From Candidatus Bathyarchaeota archaeon (lineage in GTDB: Archaea > Thermoproteota > Bathyarchaeia > Bathyarchaeales > Bathyarchaeaceae), in assembly GCA_050115935.1 (NCBI GenBank), contig JASFPO010000002.1, forward strand, positions 1 to 45,263: 45,263 nt of DNA, read 5' to 3'. The notes beneath the pieces were generated by a model that was given only the letters and a program-made list of their open reading frames with translations, made no database searches and had not been told where the DNA came from. How positions within the stretch are numbered: position 1 is the first letter of the stretch; each line of letters opens with the position of its first letter. Shown here in pieces: positions 9,697 through 20,300 of this stretch. Both the position numbers and the translations under genes were made by a program.

Positions 9697-10191
9697 GAGT
9701 AGAGATACACAGCGTCCGCAGTTGGACTGGAGCGTGTGAGGGGAAAGAGCTTGAGCTCATTTATCCCCTTCCCGCAAATACCGTGGAAAACGCAAAACGA
9801 ATAGAGAAAATAAGGAAAGAAGGGATATCATGAATAGAACAATCGAAGAAGGACAGTCTCTGCAGGGCAGACCACAAAAGCAAAGCGTTCATGCAAGTGT
9901 TCGGGATTAAGTAAATGCATGATCAAATCCTCGGCACTAGGAAACTCCAACGGCAAGTCTCTACAACCTCAAAAGCCATCATATCGAGCGCACGTTAATG
10001 GTTTATCCTTGAGTGATAACAGCTTCAATCCAACTATCAAGCCATGGACTTCTCTTTTAAACCTTGACAACGAAAGGAGTAACACAAAGAATGATCCCTT
10101 GTCAATTATTTTTTGAGGGGAAAAGTTTTTAACGCAATATTTAATTTGTTGTTGCAATAAGTCAATAATCTCTATACATATCATACTTTAA

Positions 10192-10821
10192 TTGGAGGAA
10201 TATGATTTGGAGAAAGCACAACAACCTTATATGTTTGTTCCGGGCGCTACAACAGTAGGTTTGGTCTGTTCCGACGGTGTGATTCTGGCTTCTGAGAAGA
10301 GAGTTTCCTATGGTTACATGGTCATGAGCCGTGTTGGCAAGAAGGTCTTCAGGCTTGCAGACCACATTGGAGCTGCCTGTGCAGGTTTAGTCTCAGATAT
10401 GCAGATTCTTGTGCGAGAGGTTGGAGCATACACGAGTTTGTTCCGCATGGATGTCGGTCGCCCGATGCCGGTGAAGTCTGCAGCCAAGGTTATGTCAAAC
10501 ATGCTCTTCGGTCGACGGTTGTTTCCATTGATAACTCAAACCATTGTTGGCGGCATGGACAGCGACGGTCCCGCGCTTTACGTGCTGGATGTCCTAGGTT
10601 CGGTCTTGCCAGATAAATTTGCAGCTGTAGGCTCTGGAGCAGGGATCGCGGTTGGTGTTTTGGAGCAAGAATACAAGGATGGAATAAACATAAGCGAAGC
10701 AAAAAACCTTGTAATAAGGGCTATAAAATCAGCGATAAGCCGAGACGTGATGAGCGGAGACGGCGTAGATCTCCTTGTCATTACAAAAGAAGGAATGAAA
10801 GAGGAATCCATAAAATTCTAA
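10192..10821 (+). CDS. psmB: Proteasome beta subunit
   Basis: A propeptide is followed by the catalytic Thr in ...PGA/TTVGLVCSDGVILASEKR. The real start may be the in-frame TTG at 10207, 8 nt after GGAGG 10194-10198. Confidence 0.9.
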   Translation: MEEYDLEKAQQPYMFVPGATTVGLVCSDGVILASEKRVSYGYMVMSRVGKKVFRLADHIGAACAGLVSDMQILVREVGAYTSLFRMDVGRPMPVKSAAKVMSNMLFGRRLFPLITQTIVGGMDSDGPALYVLDVLGSVLPDKFAAVGSGAGIAVGVLEQEYKDGINISEAKNLVIRAIKSAISRDVMSGDGVDLLVITKEGMKEESIKF

Positions 10822-10918
10822 CCCTCCAACAAAAGCTACTTCTATCTTAGTTTGGATAAGAATAATAAGTCTAAGTCTTAATAACTGCAGTTCAGTCTCG
10901 ACTAGTAGAGGTAGCTCT

Positions 10919-11557
10919 ATGCAGTTTCAGTTGACTCTTGAAGAAGGAACGTTTCTCGTTAAACTCGCACGTGGAGCTGTGGAAAACCATCTGAAGACTG
11001 GAAAGGTCTTAACCATGCCAGCAGAGATTTCTTCGAAGCTGAAGGAACGTTGCGGAGTTTTTGTCACTATCAACAAGGGGAGCCATGAAGAGAAGAAGTT
11101 AAGAGGCTGCATCGGCTATCCTTATCCAACCACAATGCTTGCCCAAGCGGTCATTGAGTCAGCTATAAGTTCGGCAACCCAGGACCCACGGTTTCCACCG
11201 TTATCGCTAGACGAGCTCAACCATGTAGTCTTCGAAGTTAGTGTGCTCACGCCGCCCAAGCAAGTTGAAGCAGAGAACCCAAAGGATTACTGCTCAAAGA
11301 TAAAGGTTGGGCGAGATGGATTAATAGTAGAAAGAAGCTCCTGCAAAGGCTTACTACTTCCACAAGTACCTGTTGAATGGAAATGGGACGAAGAGACCTT
11401 CATTTGTCAATGCTGCATCAAGGCAGGTTTACCCCCAGACTCATGGCTACTTGAAGGAACAAAAATCTACACATTTCAGGCCATAATCTTTGAGGAGAAA
11501 ACCGTAAACGGAAAAGTTGCATTAAAAGAAATCGGTGGGACCCTTTGTGATTCCTAA
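10919..11557 (+). CDS. AMMECR1-domain protein
   Basis: 212 aa with the characteristic LRGCIGYPYP motif and a DPRFPP segment. Confidence 0.85.
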   Translation: MQFQLTLEEGTFLVKLARGAVENHLKTGKVLTMPAEISSKLKERCGVFVTINKGSHEEKKLRGCIGYPYPTTMLAQAVIESAISSATQDPRFPPLSLDELNHVVFEVSVLTPPKQVEAENPKDYCSKIKVGRDGLIVERSSCKGLLLPQVPVEWKWDEETFICQCCIKAGLPPDSWLLEGTKIYTFQAIIFEEKTVNGKVALKEIGGTLCDS

Positions 11558-12416
11558 AAGGGTTTTGGAAGAGAAGTTTCGCAAATTCGTAGAGGAAGAT
11601 GTGGGGCAAGGCGACATAACCACACTACTAACTGTTCCATCTGGAACAATTGTTGAAGCAAAAGCTGTAGCGAAAGAGTCCGGAGTGATTGCTGGAATTG
11701 AGGAAGCTTTGGTTTTTCTGGAAAGCTTTGGGTCTCAGGTCAACCCTCTTGAATCTGACGGTTCCGAAGTGAAGTCAGAAACAGTCATCCTAGAGATTGT
11801 TGGAGACGCCCGAACTTTGCTTTCAATGGAGAGAACCTTACTCAATCTACTCTCGAGAATGAGTGGAATAGCCACTGCAACCTGTAGAATGGTAGAAAAG
11901 CTTCGCGAGGCTGGCTATGAAACTCGTGTAGCATGCACCCGGAAGGTGGCTCCTGGACTCTCTTACTTTGACAAGAAAGCCGTTATGATTGGCGGAGGCG
12001 ACACTCACAGGCTTCATCTGGACGATATGATTCTAGTAAAAGATAACCACCTTGCAGTTATCGGTGACATCGACACAGCAGTGAAAAGAATTAGGCAAAC
12101 TGCTTCCTTCTCAAAAAAGATTGAAATTGAGGTTTCCACTATAGAGGATGCCTTGGAAGCGGCTGAAGCAGGCGTTGACATCGTCATGCTCGATAACTTC
12201 ACTCCCAAACAAGCAAAGAAGGCAATCGAGTTGTTGAAGAAAAGGGGACTGCAAAACAAGATTTTGGTAGAATCAAGCGGTGGAATCATAGAAAGCAATC
12301 TACTCAAGTTTGCAGCTGCTGGAGTTGACATAATAAGTCTCGGAGAAATGACCCATAGCGCAAAGGCTTTAGATATAAGTCTTGAAATCACGAAGGTAAT
12401 AAAACGCAAGAGCTAA
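11535..12416 (+). CDS. nadC: Nicotinate-nucleotide (quinolinate) pyrophosphorylase
   Basis: 293 aa. N-terminal EDVGQGDITT and the C-terminal TIM-barrel part (DIVMLDNF..., ESSGGI) are typical of QPRTase. The start is uncertain (GTG 11535 or GTG 11547) and overlaps the preceding gene. Confidence 0.85.
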   Translation: MGPFVIPKRVLEEKFRKFVEEDVGQGDITTLLTVPSGTIVEAKAVAKESGVIAGIEEALVFLESFGSQVNPLESDGSEVKSETVILEIVGDARTLLSMERTLLNLLSRMSGIATATCRMVEKLREAGYETRVACTRKVAPGLSYFDKKAVMIGGGDTHRLHLDDMILVKDNHLAVIGDIDTAVKRIRQTASFSKKIEIEVSTIEDALEAAEAGVDIVMLDNFTPKQAKKAIELLKKRGLQNKILVESSGGIIESNLLKFAAAGVDIISLGEMTHSAKALDISLEITKVIKRKS

Positions 12417-13141
12417 GATTTCCCTTTTGGGGTCATCTCTAAAACTCGAAAGCCTCGAGCACAAGGATTAGGCATTTCGTTAATTCCTACCTTTTCCAAA
12501 ACTCCTTTCTCATCCTTTGCTGAGCCCATGATGTCATGCTCTGCAGGTATCAAAGACTGTAACGTGACGCCGTTCTCAACAATCTTTGCACTACACTTTG
12601 CCGGCAAGCCGAGCCTTACCACGCTTGCTTGTTGAATCGCTCTTTCCGCTGAATAGAGCACTGCGTTTGCGCCAGAAGTCAATTCCGCAATTCTCACTGG
12701 AACGCTCTCTTTTCCTATAGCTAAAACCTCGATGCCGTATACACGCTTAATGTCAGCGCCTATTTTCCTTAGTTTTGGCAGAATTTTGATAACATGTCCT
12801 CTTGCTTTGCGTGAGATGCGCATTTGAGAAAGGCTAACAACTGAGAGCTCTTCGATGCTTATGCCTCTAAAGGACATGTCCAAATGAACAACGTCAGCTT
12901 TCACCTCTTTCAGAAGATTTCGACACAATTCCAGCTCGTGAACAACAAGCAAGGGTCCGGTTTCCACTTTGGCGAATATAGGCTCAGCCAAGCAGTAACT
13001 AACTCTTGAATAGGGAGGTTCCACTAAAACAGCGCTTGCAGCTACCACCTGCAAAGCCTCAAAGCTATTGTCAAGAATTGCTGCACCAGAATCTGCGGCG
13101 ACAACTTTCAAAATTTCTTCACCGATTTTAATACGACTCAA
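12413..13141 (-). CDS. Conserved-looking hypothetical protein (family not recognised)
   Basis: 242-aa ORF with a TTG start, overlapping the nadC stop by 4 nt in convergent orientation. No motif I can name with confidence. Confidence 0.4.
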   Translation of the reverse strand: MSRIKIGEEILKVVAADSGAAILDNSFEALQVVAASAVLVEPPYSRVSYCLAEPIFAKVETGPLLVVHELELCRNLLKEVKADVVHLDMSFRGISIEELSVVSLSQMRISRKARGHVIKILPKLRKIGADIKRVYGIEVLAIGKESVPVRIAELTSGANAVLYSAERAIQQASVVRLGLPAKCSAKIVENGVTLQSLIPAEHDIMGSAKDEKGVLEKVGINEMPNPCARGFRVLEMTPKGKS

Positions 13142-13372
13142 GAAGATTTATCTTTCACTGTTGGAAGAGTTATTTTTGGCCGAATGACGACTAAAACTCT
13201 CATGAGATGGTGATTGAATCAGAGTTACACTGACGGCCTAGACCATGAGAATGGTCGCTTGGCTCTGTGTTTCGTGTCAGAACACAGAAGATATATGAAA
13301 TCTCTTGAGTGAGAGAATGGGCTATAGTTAATTTTAAAACGTGTCATTGTATTAATATGCTATCTCAAAGAG

Positions 13373-13798
13373 GTGAAATGTTTGGTTAAAGTAGATGACT
13401 ATGAAATTGTTGAAGGACTCCACTACACAAAAGAATTCTTCTGGGTTCGCATAGAAGGCGGAAAAGCAAAAATGGGCATAACCGATTATGCGCAGAAACA
13501 ACTCCGCGAAATCGTGTTCGCTGAACTCCCAAGCGCGGGTGGCACAATCACGCAAAATGAGCCCTTCGGAAGCGTTGAATCCGTGAAAGCAGTTTCAGAT
13601 CTCATAGCGCCTTTAAGCGGCACTATAGATCAGGTAAACGAAGAAGTAACCAACAAACCAGAACTCCTAAACGAAGATCCCTACGGCGAGGGGTGGGTCC
13701 TAATAGTGACACCCAGCAACCTCGACGCCGAATTGAAAGCACTCATGGACTTCAACGCGTCTGTTGAATGGCACAAAAGTCTCCTGAAAGAAAGCTAG
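13373..13798 (+). CDS. gcvH: GcvH-like lipoyl-carrier protein (copy 1)
   Basis: 141 aa. It has GITDYAQKQL and the lipoyl-lysine motif VESVKAVSDLIAPLSG (Lys codon 13586-13588). The start may be TTG 13382, downstream of GAGGTGA. Confidence 0.8.
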   Translation: MKCLVKVDDYEIVEGLHYTKEFFWVRIEGGKAKMGITDYAQKQLREIVFAELPSAGGTITQNEPFGSVESVKAVSDLIAPLSGTIDQVNEEVTNKPELLNEDPYGEGWVLIVTPSNLDAELKALMDFNASVEWHKSLLKES

Positions 13799-14047
13799 TC
13801 ACTGCCCCTGGAAATAGTTGAAATATACGTTCGCCAGACTTCAACGACTTCAGAGTCTTCCTTCAAGCTTGTTCAAATGATTAAGAAAACCTAAGAACAG
13901 AAACAACAACAAAACAAGTAACACCTAAGCTCTAACGACCCGCTAATATCCTAGGTCACATTCTTCCATAGCCCTTTAGCTACCTTCCAGATTCTGTTTC
14001 TCCTTTCTCTAGATGACGACAAGGCTTTCCAAAATCGATTCGAGTAA

Positions 14048-14887
14048 TCAGTATTCTTTCGGCATCGCCATAAGCTCCTTGTGAGTGAAGACTGGGCCGT
14101 CTTTGCACACGAACTTGTTTCCGATGTTGCACCTTCCGCATTTTCCGATGCCGCACTTCATCCGCATCTCGAGAGACAATATGACATCCTCGGGGGCGAA
14201 GCCTAGCTCAGTAATAACTGGCATGGTGAATTTTATCATTATAGGAGGCCCGCACACAATCAAGACAGCGTGTTCAGAACTTGGGGCAACCTCTTTGAGA
14301 ACGGCTGGGACGAAACCAACTAACCCAGTCCAACCGGGAACAGCCTGATCTATAGTCACGTTAAGGTTGATGTCATCCCTCTTCCCCCAGGCTTCAAGAT
14401 CATACTTGTAGATGAGTTCGCCTGGGTCGCGGGCTCCATAGATAACCGTTAAGTCTTTGAATCTGTCTCTGTTGGCTTCGTGAAGAATGAAATTGGTTAG
14501 AGACCTAAGTGTTGTAAAGGCGAAGCCTCCCCCGACAATTACAACATTTCGACCTTCCATTCTCTCTAGAGGAAAACCGTTGCCGAATGGCCCCCTGACC
14601 CCTATGACAGTTCCTTCTTCGCTGTTGTGCAGGGTTGCGGTAACCACTCCGACCTTTTTCACGGTGAATTGAATGTAGCCCTCGTCCATGGGGGATGAGG
14701 CTATGCCTATGGGGCACTCTCCGGCGCCGAAGACAGAGATTTCCGCGAACTGGCCACATCTATACTTGAAGTTCTTCATCTCGTCCGAGTCTTGGAAAAC
14801 TAGTTCGAACGTCTTAATGTCGTTTACTTCGTTTTCTGTAATGATTTTTCTGATGGTCGCGAGGTTTGGGATATACGGATTGCTCAT
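14048..14887 (-). CDS. FAD/NAD(P)-binding electron-transfer subunit with C-terminal 2Fe-2S site (FlxA / sulfhydrogenase-gamma / AsrB-like)
   Basis: 279 aa. A ferredoxin-reductase-type fold is followed by the Cys cluster CGIGKCGRCNIG..C. It is the last gene of the minus-strand Hdr operon. Confidence 0.7.
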   Translation of the reverse strand: MSNPYIPNLATIRKIITENEVNDIKTFELVFQDSDEMKNFKYRCGQFAEISVFGAGECPIGIASSPMDEGYIQFTVKKVGVVTATLHNSEEGTVIGVRGPFGNGFPLERMEGRNVVIVGGGFAFTTLRSLTNFILHEANRDRFKDLTVIYGARDPGELIYKYDLEAWGKRDDINLNVTIDQAVPGWTGLVGFVPAVLKEVAPSSEHAVLIVCGPPIMIKFTMPVITELGFAPEDVILSLEMRMKCGIGKCGRCNIGNKFVCKDGPVFTHKELMAMPKEY

Positions 14888-14890
14888 TTT

Positions 14891-15919
14891 CTACTCCACC
14901 TGTCTAGTCGATATTTCTTCAACTATTCTTCTGATGTCGAAGTTGACAGGACACTCCCTGACGCATCTTCCACAGCCCACGCAGAGGCTTTCGCCGAAGT
15001 TCTTGACGAAATAGTTGAATTTGTGCATGATCCGTTGCCTCACTCTCTCCTTTCCCGAGGGTCGAGGGTTATGCCCTGAACCCTGCAGTGTGAAACAGTG
15101 AAACTGACACGAATCCCAAATCCTGACTCTTTTTCCCTCTTCCAGTCTCTCGTCAAGAACGTCGAAACAGCAGCACGTGGGACAAAGATAGGTGCAGACT
15201 CCGCAACCTACGCACTTCTGGTGTATCTCGTCCCATATTGGGTCATCGAACATTCTGTCAAGCTTCTCGCTTACACCTTCAACAGGTACCTTAGATCTAA
15301 TGGATTTCTCAACGTCCTCAGATAGCTTTCTCGCTTTTTCTATATCGGTTTTTTCTGCATCCCTCAACCACGGAAATTTCCCGATGAGCCTCTCACCCTT
15401 TTCAGTGACAGTTTCTATCAGATATTTGTCTTTTACATCTTGGAGAAGCAAATCCACGCCCTCTTTTCCGAAAGGGCTTCCTCCTACTGACGTACAGAAA
15501 CATGTGCTCAAGGGATAACTACATGCCAAGCCGATTACAGTTGTGTGTCCTCTTTTTTCTAAGTAGTACAAGTCTTTGTGTTCCCCAGAAGAGAGGAACT
15601 TGTCGATCAAAACGAAGCCTCTAGCATCGCAGGGGCGAACGCCCAGCAACACCATCCTTCTCTTCAGATCTGGGGCTTCCTCAATCTCTACACCTTTCTT
15701 GCCGACTCTGTAGGCGAACAAGATTTCGTTTTGCGGGAAGAAAACCTCTTTAGGAGGCTTCTTTGTGTTCTGGAGATCTAGGCAAGCTTCATTTTCAGGG
15801 GAAAACTTGTCAAAGAAGACAAGATCTTTCTCTTTGACTGGCGCAAAAACCTCGTGTTCTTTGGCCAACTCTTCGATGAGGAAGGGAATTTTGCTCTTTT
15901 CAATAACCTTCCACTTCAT
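14891..15919 (-). CDS. 4Fe-4S dicluster subunit (FlxB / sulfhydrogenase-beta / AsrA-like)
   Basis: 342 aa with motifs CVGCGVCTYLCPTC and CVGCGRCVRECP. A 3-nt gap separates it from the downstream gene. Confidence 0.65.
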   Translation of the reverse strand: MKWKVIEKSKIPFLIEELAKEHEVFAPVKEKDLVFFDKFSPENEACLDLQNTKKPPKEVFFPQNEILFAYRVGKKGVEIEEAPDLKRRMVLLGVRPCDARGFVLIDKFLSSGEHKDLYYLEKRGHTTVIGLACSYPLSTCFCTSVGGSPFGKEGVDLLLQDVKDKYLIETVTEKGERLIGKFPWLRDAEKTDIEKARKLSEDVEKSIRSKVPVEGVSEKLDRMFDDPIWDEIHQKCVGCGVCTYLCPTCCCFDVLDERLEEGKRVRIWDSCQFHCFTLQGSGHNPRPSGKERVRQRIMHKFNYFVKNFGESLCVGCGRCVRECPVNFDIRRIVEEISTRQVE

Positions 15920-15935
15920 CTAAGACACCATCCTG

Positions 15936-16886
15936 TCACCTTATAAACTCCTGAGAGTCATCCATTTTGAACTCTCCCAACGGGGGAATCTCCTCGAGGC
16001 TGACTCCTGCCTCGTAGTTGTACCGTTCTTTCATGATCTTTGCAGTTTTCTTCACGAGCTTCCTCAAGTCTATGTCCATCGGGCAGGCTCGACTACATGC
16101 TCCACAGTCAACACATCTTCCGGCCACGTGGAAAGCGCGAACAATGTGGTAGATCATAGTGTCTGAGATGTCGTTTGTTTTGCCGAACCAAGCAGGCATA
16201 GTTTGGTCGACGAAGCACATCTTACAGTAGCAGAGGGGACAAACGTTTCTACAAGCGTAGCACCTGATGCACTTGCTCAATTCTTCCTTAAAGTACGCCC
16301 ACCTTTCCTCCACTGACTTCGACTCAAGATCAGAAACCTCGTGGAACTCGTCGACCTGCGATGTTCCAAGTACTTTTTCGCCCACAAACACATCGTAAAT
16401 GGGGGGGGTTCTGTGCTTGCAGGTTAAGCATGAGTCGCAAATGAAACCACTTTTCGGTAAGGCAATCTCGAACCCTTCTCCCTTAACCAAGATCTTTTCG
16501 TCCTCAACACTAGCTTCTAAGACTTCTCTATTGTTGATTTTTGCCTCTACTTTTTTTCTGTCAATAAGCCCCAGACAGGGGACACCTATGATAACCACGT
16601 TTTCCCTCGGAATCTGCTTCTCAACGGCACAAACTGCTATTGAACGTGCGTCACAACCCTTTGCAACGACGCCTACCTTCTCTTTTCTACCCACCAAGTA
16701 CTTTGAAAGATTGGCGTCGCAACTTTCGTTCCAAACAAGCTTTTGAACGTCTTCCACCTTGTCCACAAAGCAGGGAGCAGCACGAAGTGGTAGGGTTCCT
16801 TGTTCGAATCCAATTATCAGGTCTACTTTCTTCTCACTGAGAAGTTTTCTAGCGGTCTCTCTTATCGAATTCTCAAGGCTTTCCAT
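15936..16886 (-). CDS. Cys-rich 4Fe-4S subunit (FlxC-like)
   Basis: 316 aa with motifs CIRCYACRNVCPLCYC and CVDCGACSRACP. It lies between the MvhD-like and FlxB-like genes. Confidence 0.6.
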   Translation of the reverse strand: MESLENSIRETARKLLSEKKVDLIIGFEQGTLPLRAAPCFVDKVEDVQKLVWNESCDANLSKYLVGRKEKVGVVAKGCDARSIAVCAVEKQIPRENVVIIGVPCLGLIDRKKVEAKINNREVLEASVEDEKILVKGEGFEIALPKSGFICDSCLTCKHRTPPIYDVFVGEKVLGTSQVDEFHEVSDLESKSVEERWAYFKEELSKCIRCYACRNVCPLCYCKMCFVDQTMPAWFGKTNDISDTMIYHIVRAFHVAGRCVDCGACSRACPMDIDLRKLVKKTAKIMKERYNYEAGVSLEEIPPLGEFKMDDSQEFIR

Positions 16887-16892
16887 ACGACA

Positions 16893-17321
16893 CTACTTCT
16901 TCACCAATCTTTCAGCAGGTCCTAGGACCCTCACCTTTTCTACCACATCCTTCACAACACTGGCAAATTTTTCACCTTCAGCTGCAGATACCCATGAGAA
17001 GTTTACTCTTTCAGGCTCAATCCCAAGGAATTCAAGTAGATCCTTCAGAACAGCAAATCTTCTTCTGGCCACGAGATTTCCACTGATGTAGTGACAGTCA
17101 CCAGGGTGACATCCAGAGACTAAGACCCCATCCCATCCACGTTGCAGAGCTTTTATGATAAAGTACGGGTTGACCCTTCCAGAGCAGGGAACCCGAACCA
17201 CCCGTATGTTAGGAGGATACTGCATCCTGCCTATTCCAGCAAGATCTGCTCCAGCATAGCTACACCAGTTGCACAGAAAGGCAAGTATTTTTGGGTTCCA
17301 TTCTTTTTCAGCGGATTTCAC
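16893..17321 (-). CDS. mvhD: MvhD/FlxD-like 2Fe-2S adaptor subunit (short form, 142 aa)
   Basis: FLCNWCSYAGADLAG ... VPCSGRV ... GCHPGDCHY is the hallmark of methyl-viologen-reducing hydrogenase delta subunit. Confidence 0.85.
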   Translation of the reverse strand: MKSAEKEWNPKILAFLCNWCSYAGADLAGIGRMQYPPNIRVVRVPCSGRVNPYFIIKALQRGWDGVLVSGCHPGDCHYISGNLVARRRFAVLKDLLEFLGIEPERVNFSWVSAAEGEKFASVVKDVVEKVRVLGPAERLVKK

Positions 17322-17325
17322 TTTG

Positions 17326-20300
17326 TCACCTCAAAGCGTTTATAATCAAGCTCATTTGCATGTCGGTGAAGCCTTTGATGTCTATTGCCGAGCACCTGCA
17401 AGTAGCGGCGCAGGCTCCACATCCCTTACAGAGGGCACTGTTCACTTTTGCCACCTTTCCCCTCCTGGTTTCTTCGATCTCTATGGCGTTGTAGGCGCAT
17501 ACCAGCATGCAAAGTTCGCACGCTGTGCATCTATTTGGGTTAACGGTGGCGATAATTCCCTCAGCCTCAATGGTGTCTCTTGTCAATAGCGTACACGCTC
17601 TGGAAACTGCGGCCTTCGCTTGAGAGATGCTCTCTTCTATGGATTTTGGCGAGTGAGCCATCCCGCACACGAAGATACCTTCTGTGGCGAAGTCAACCGG
17701 TCGAAGCTTAGCGTGCGCCTCTAAGAAAAAGCCATCTTCGTTTACAGGAACCTTCAGCATCTTGGCTAGAATCTCGTTTTCTTTAGGTGGAACGACGGCT
17801 GCACTTAGAACAAGGAGATCGGTATCTATGATGATGTCTTCTTGGATGGTTGGTTCAAGAACCGATACATGCAGGGCCTCTTTTCCCTGTGAAATTGTCT
17901 TGGTAACCTTCGGCTTATTTTCCTCTTCATAACGGATGAAGACCACTCCAGCCTCTCTAGCCCTTCTGTATTGTTCTTCCATTAGGCCGTAGGTTCTTAT
18001 ATCTCGGTACAGAACGTAAACGTTGGCCTGTGGGTCTTTCTCCCTTATTTTCAGAGCGTTCTTGACTGCTTCTCCGCAACACATTCTGCTGCAGTATGGG
18101 TGTTCGTCATTTCTAGACCCTACGCATTGAACCATCACCACGTTGCCGAAATTTCCATGGCTATCAGTTGCGATTCGGTTCTCCAATTCTAGCTGAGTCA
18201 ACACGCGGGAATCTTTTCCATAGAGGTACTCCTTCGGGCGGTATTCTTCACCTCCTGTAGCCACGATGATTGCTCCGTGCTCCAGCTCCCTTTTCACTTC
18301 GTTGCCAGAGTTTAGGGTTACCGTGGTTTTGAAGTTTCCTACGTATCCGGAGACGTTATCCACCTTTGCGTTGAGAAAGACTTTGATCAGCTCGTTTGAG
18401 TATACCTTTTCAATCATAGATCTCAGGTATTGTTGGGTATCGTCGTTGTCCAGCGTGTGGTGTATCTTGCGGAGGAAACCTCCAAGCTCTTTGTTCTTCT
18501 CAACCAGGTCCACTTCAAAGCCTTGCTCGGATAGAGCCAGAGCCGCGGTCATTCCCGCCAACCCTCCACCGATGACGAGTCCTCGGCTGGTGACATTCAA
18601 CGAAAGCCTTTCTAAGGGCTCTATCACTCGAGCCTTCGCCACCGCCATTCTCACCAAGTCTTTGGCCTTTTCTGTCGCGGCCTCGTGATCGTGCATGTGC
18701 ACCCAGGAACATTGGTCGCGGATATTTGTCATTTCGAAGAGATACCTGTTCAGACCAGCTTCCTTTATCGTTTCTTGGAATAGCGGTTCATGGGTTCGGG
18801 GCGAACATGAGGCCACTATGACTCTGTTTAGTCCATATTCTTTGATTCGATTCTTGATTATCTCCTGAGTGTCTGAGGAGCAGGTGTAAAGATTGTCACA
18901 AGCGTGGACGACATTTGGAAGGGTCCGAGCGTACTCCACAACGCTTGGAACGCTAACGACCCCTCCAATGTTGATGCCGCAGTGGCACACAAAGACCCCT
19001 ATTCTGGGTGGCTGACCCCTAACATCCAGCTCTTTTGGATACTCCTTCTTCTTGACCAAGGTTCCTCGAACAGAAGACAGCAACTCACCCACAGTAGCAG
19101 AAGCCGCACTGGCCTGAGTAACAGTCTCAGGAATATCCTTGGGCGAGGAGGCTGCACCGCAGACAAGTATTCCAGGTTTCGACGTTCTTGTAGGTGTGAA
19201 GGATTGGGTTTTGAAGAAATCATATTCGTCGAGTCTGACCCCGAGTTTCTCAGCCAATTCTTTGTTGCCCCCGGCTGGTTTGATACCCAAAGTGAGAACA
19301 ACTAGGTCAAACTCTTCTTGTACGAGCTTTCCATCCTCAGATTCATATTTTATTCTCAGGTTTCGAGTTTCGGGCACTTCTTCCACGGAGGAAACTCTAC
19401 ACCGTACAAACCTCACACCATATTCATCCTTCGCTCTCTCTATGTACTTATCAAAGTCCTTCCCATAAGCCCTGACATCCATGGCGAATATTGTGGGCTC
19501 AATTTGACTCATGTGCTCCTTTGCTATCACAGCTTCTTTAGTAGCATACATACAACAGACTGATGAACAATAACCGCTTCCACAAGTGACATCTCTGGAA
19601 CCCACGCATTGTATGAAGGCAATCCTTCGAGGGATATCGCCATCAGATGGGCGAAGAACCATACCAGCATGCGGACCGCTGGCACTGAGAAGACGCTCAA
19701 ACTCTATGCTTGAGACAACGTTCAGGTATCGGCCATAACCATACTCTGTCTTGAGGCTTGGATCGAATTCGTCAAACCCTGTGGCAAGAACTATCACTCC
19801 AACATCAAGTTGGAGTTCTCCGTCTTCTTGATCATACCTAATCGCTCCAGCCTTGCAAACTTCTTCACATATGCCACAGCCCAAGCACTTTTCCTTGTTG
19901 ATTATGAAAACTAATGGTACAGCTTGGGGATATTTGACGTAGATGGCTCCTCCTTTAGATAGACCTTCATTGAATACATCCAACGCTTCAACTGGACATT
20001 TCTGTGCACAAACGCCACAGCCAGTGCACTTATCCTCGTCGACACGCCTTGATTTTCTAGTTAACGTAACCTTAAAGCGTCCTGCTTCTCCCTCAACTCG
20101 CCTTATAACCGTGTTTGTCATTAAGTTGATGTTCTGGTGTCGACCAGCGGCAACAAGCTTGGGTGCTAGAATGCACATGGCGCAGTCGTTAGTCGGGAAC
20201 GTCTTGTCGAGTTGAGCCATTGTTCCGCCTATGCTAGGTGACGAGTCAACGAGGTAAACCTTGAAGTCTGAATCTGCTAGGTCAAGTGATGCTTGGACCC

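Noticed and set aside
14048-16886. Reading the three terminal genes as anaerobic sulfite reductase AsrABC or as a sulfhydrogenase
   Set aside because: No sirohaem (AsrC-like) subunit and no NiFe hydrogenase large or small subunits are present. Tight coupling to MvhD/HdrA fits a Flx-type module better. The assignment is still by similarity of motifs only.
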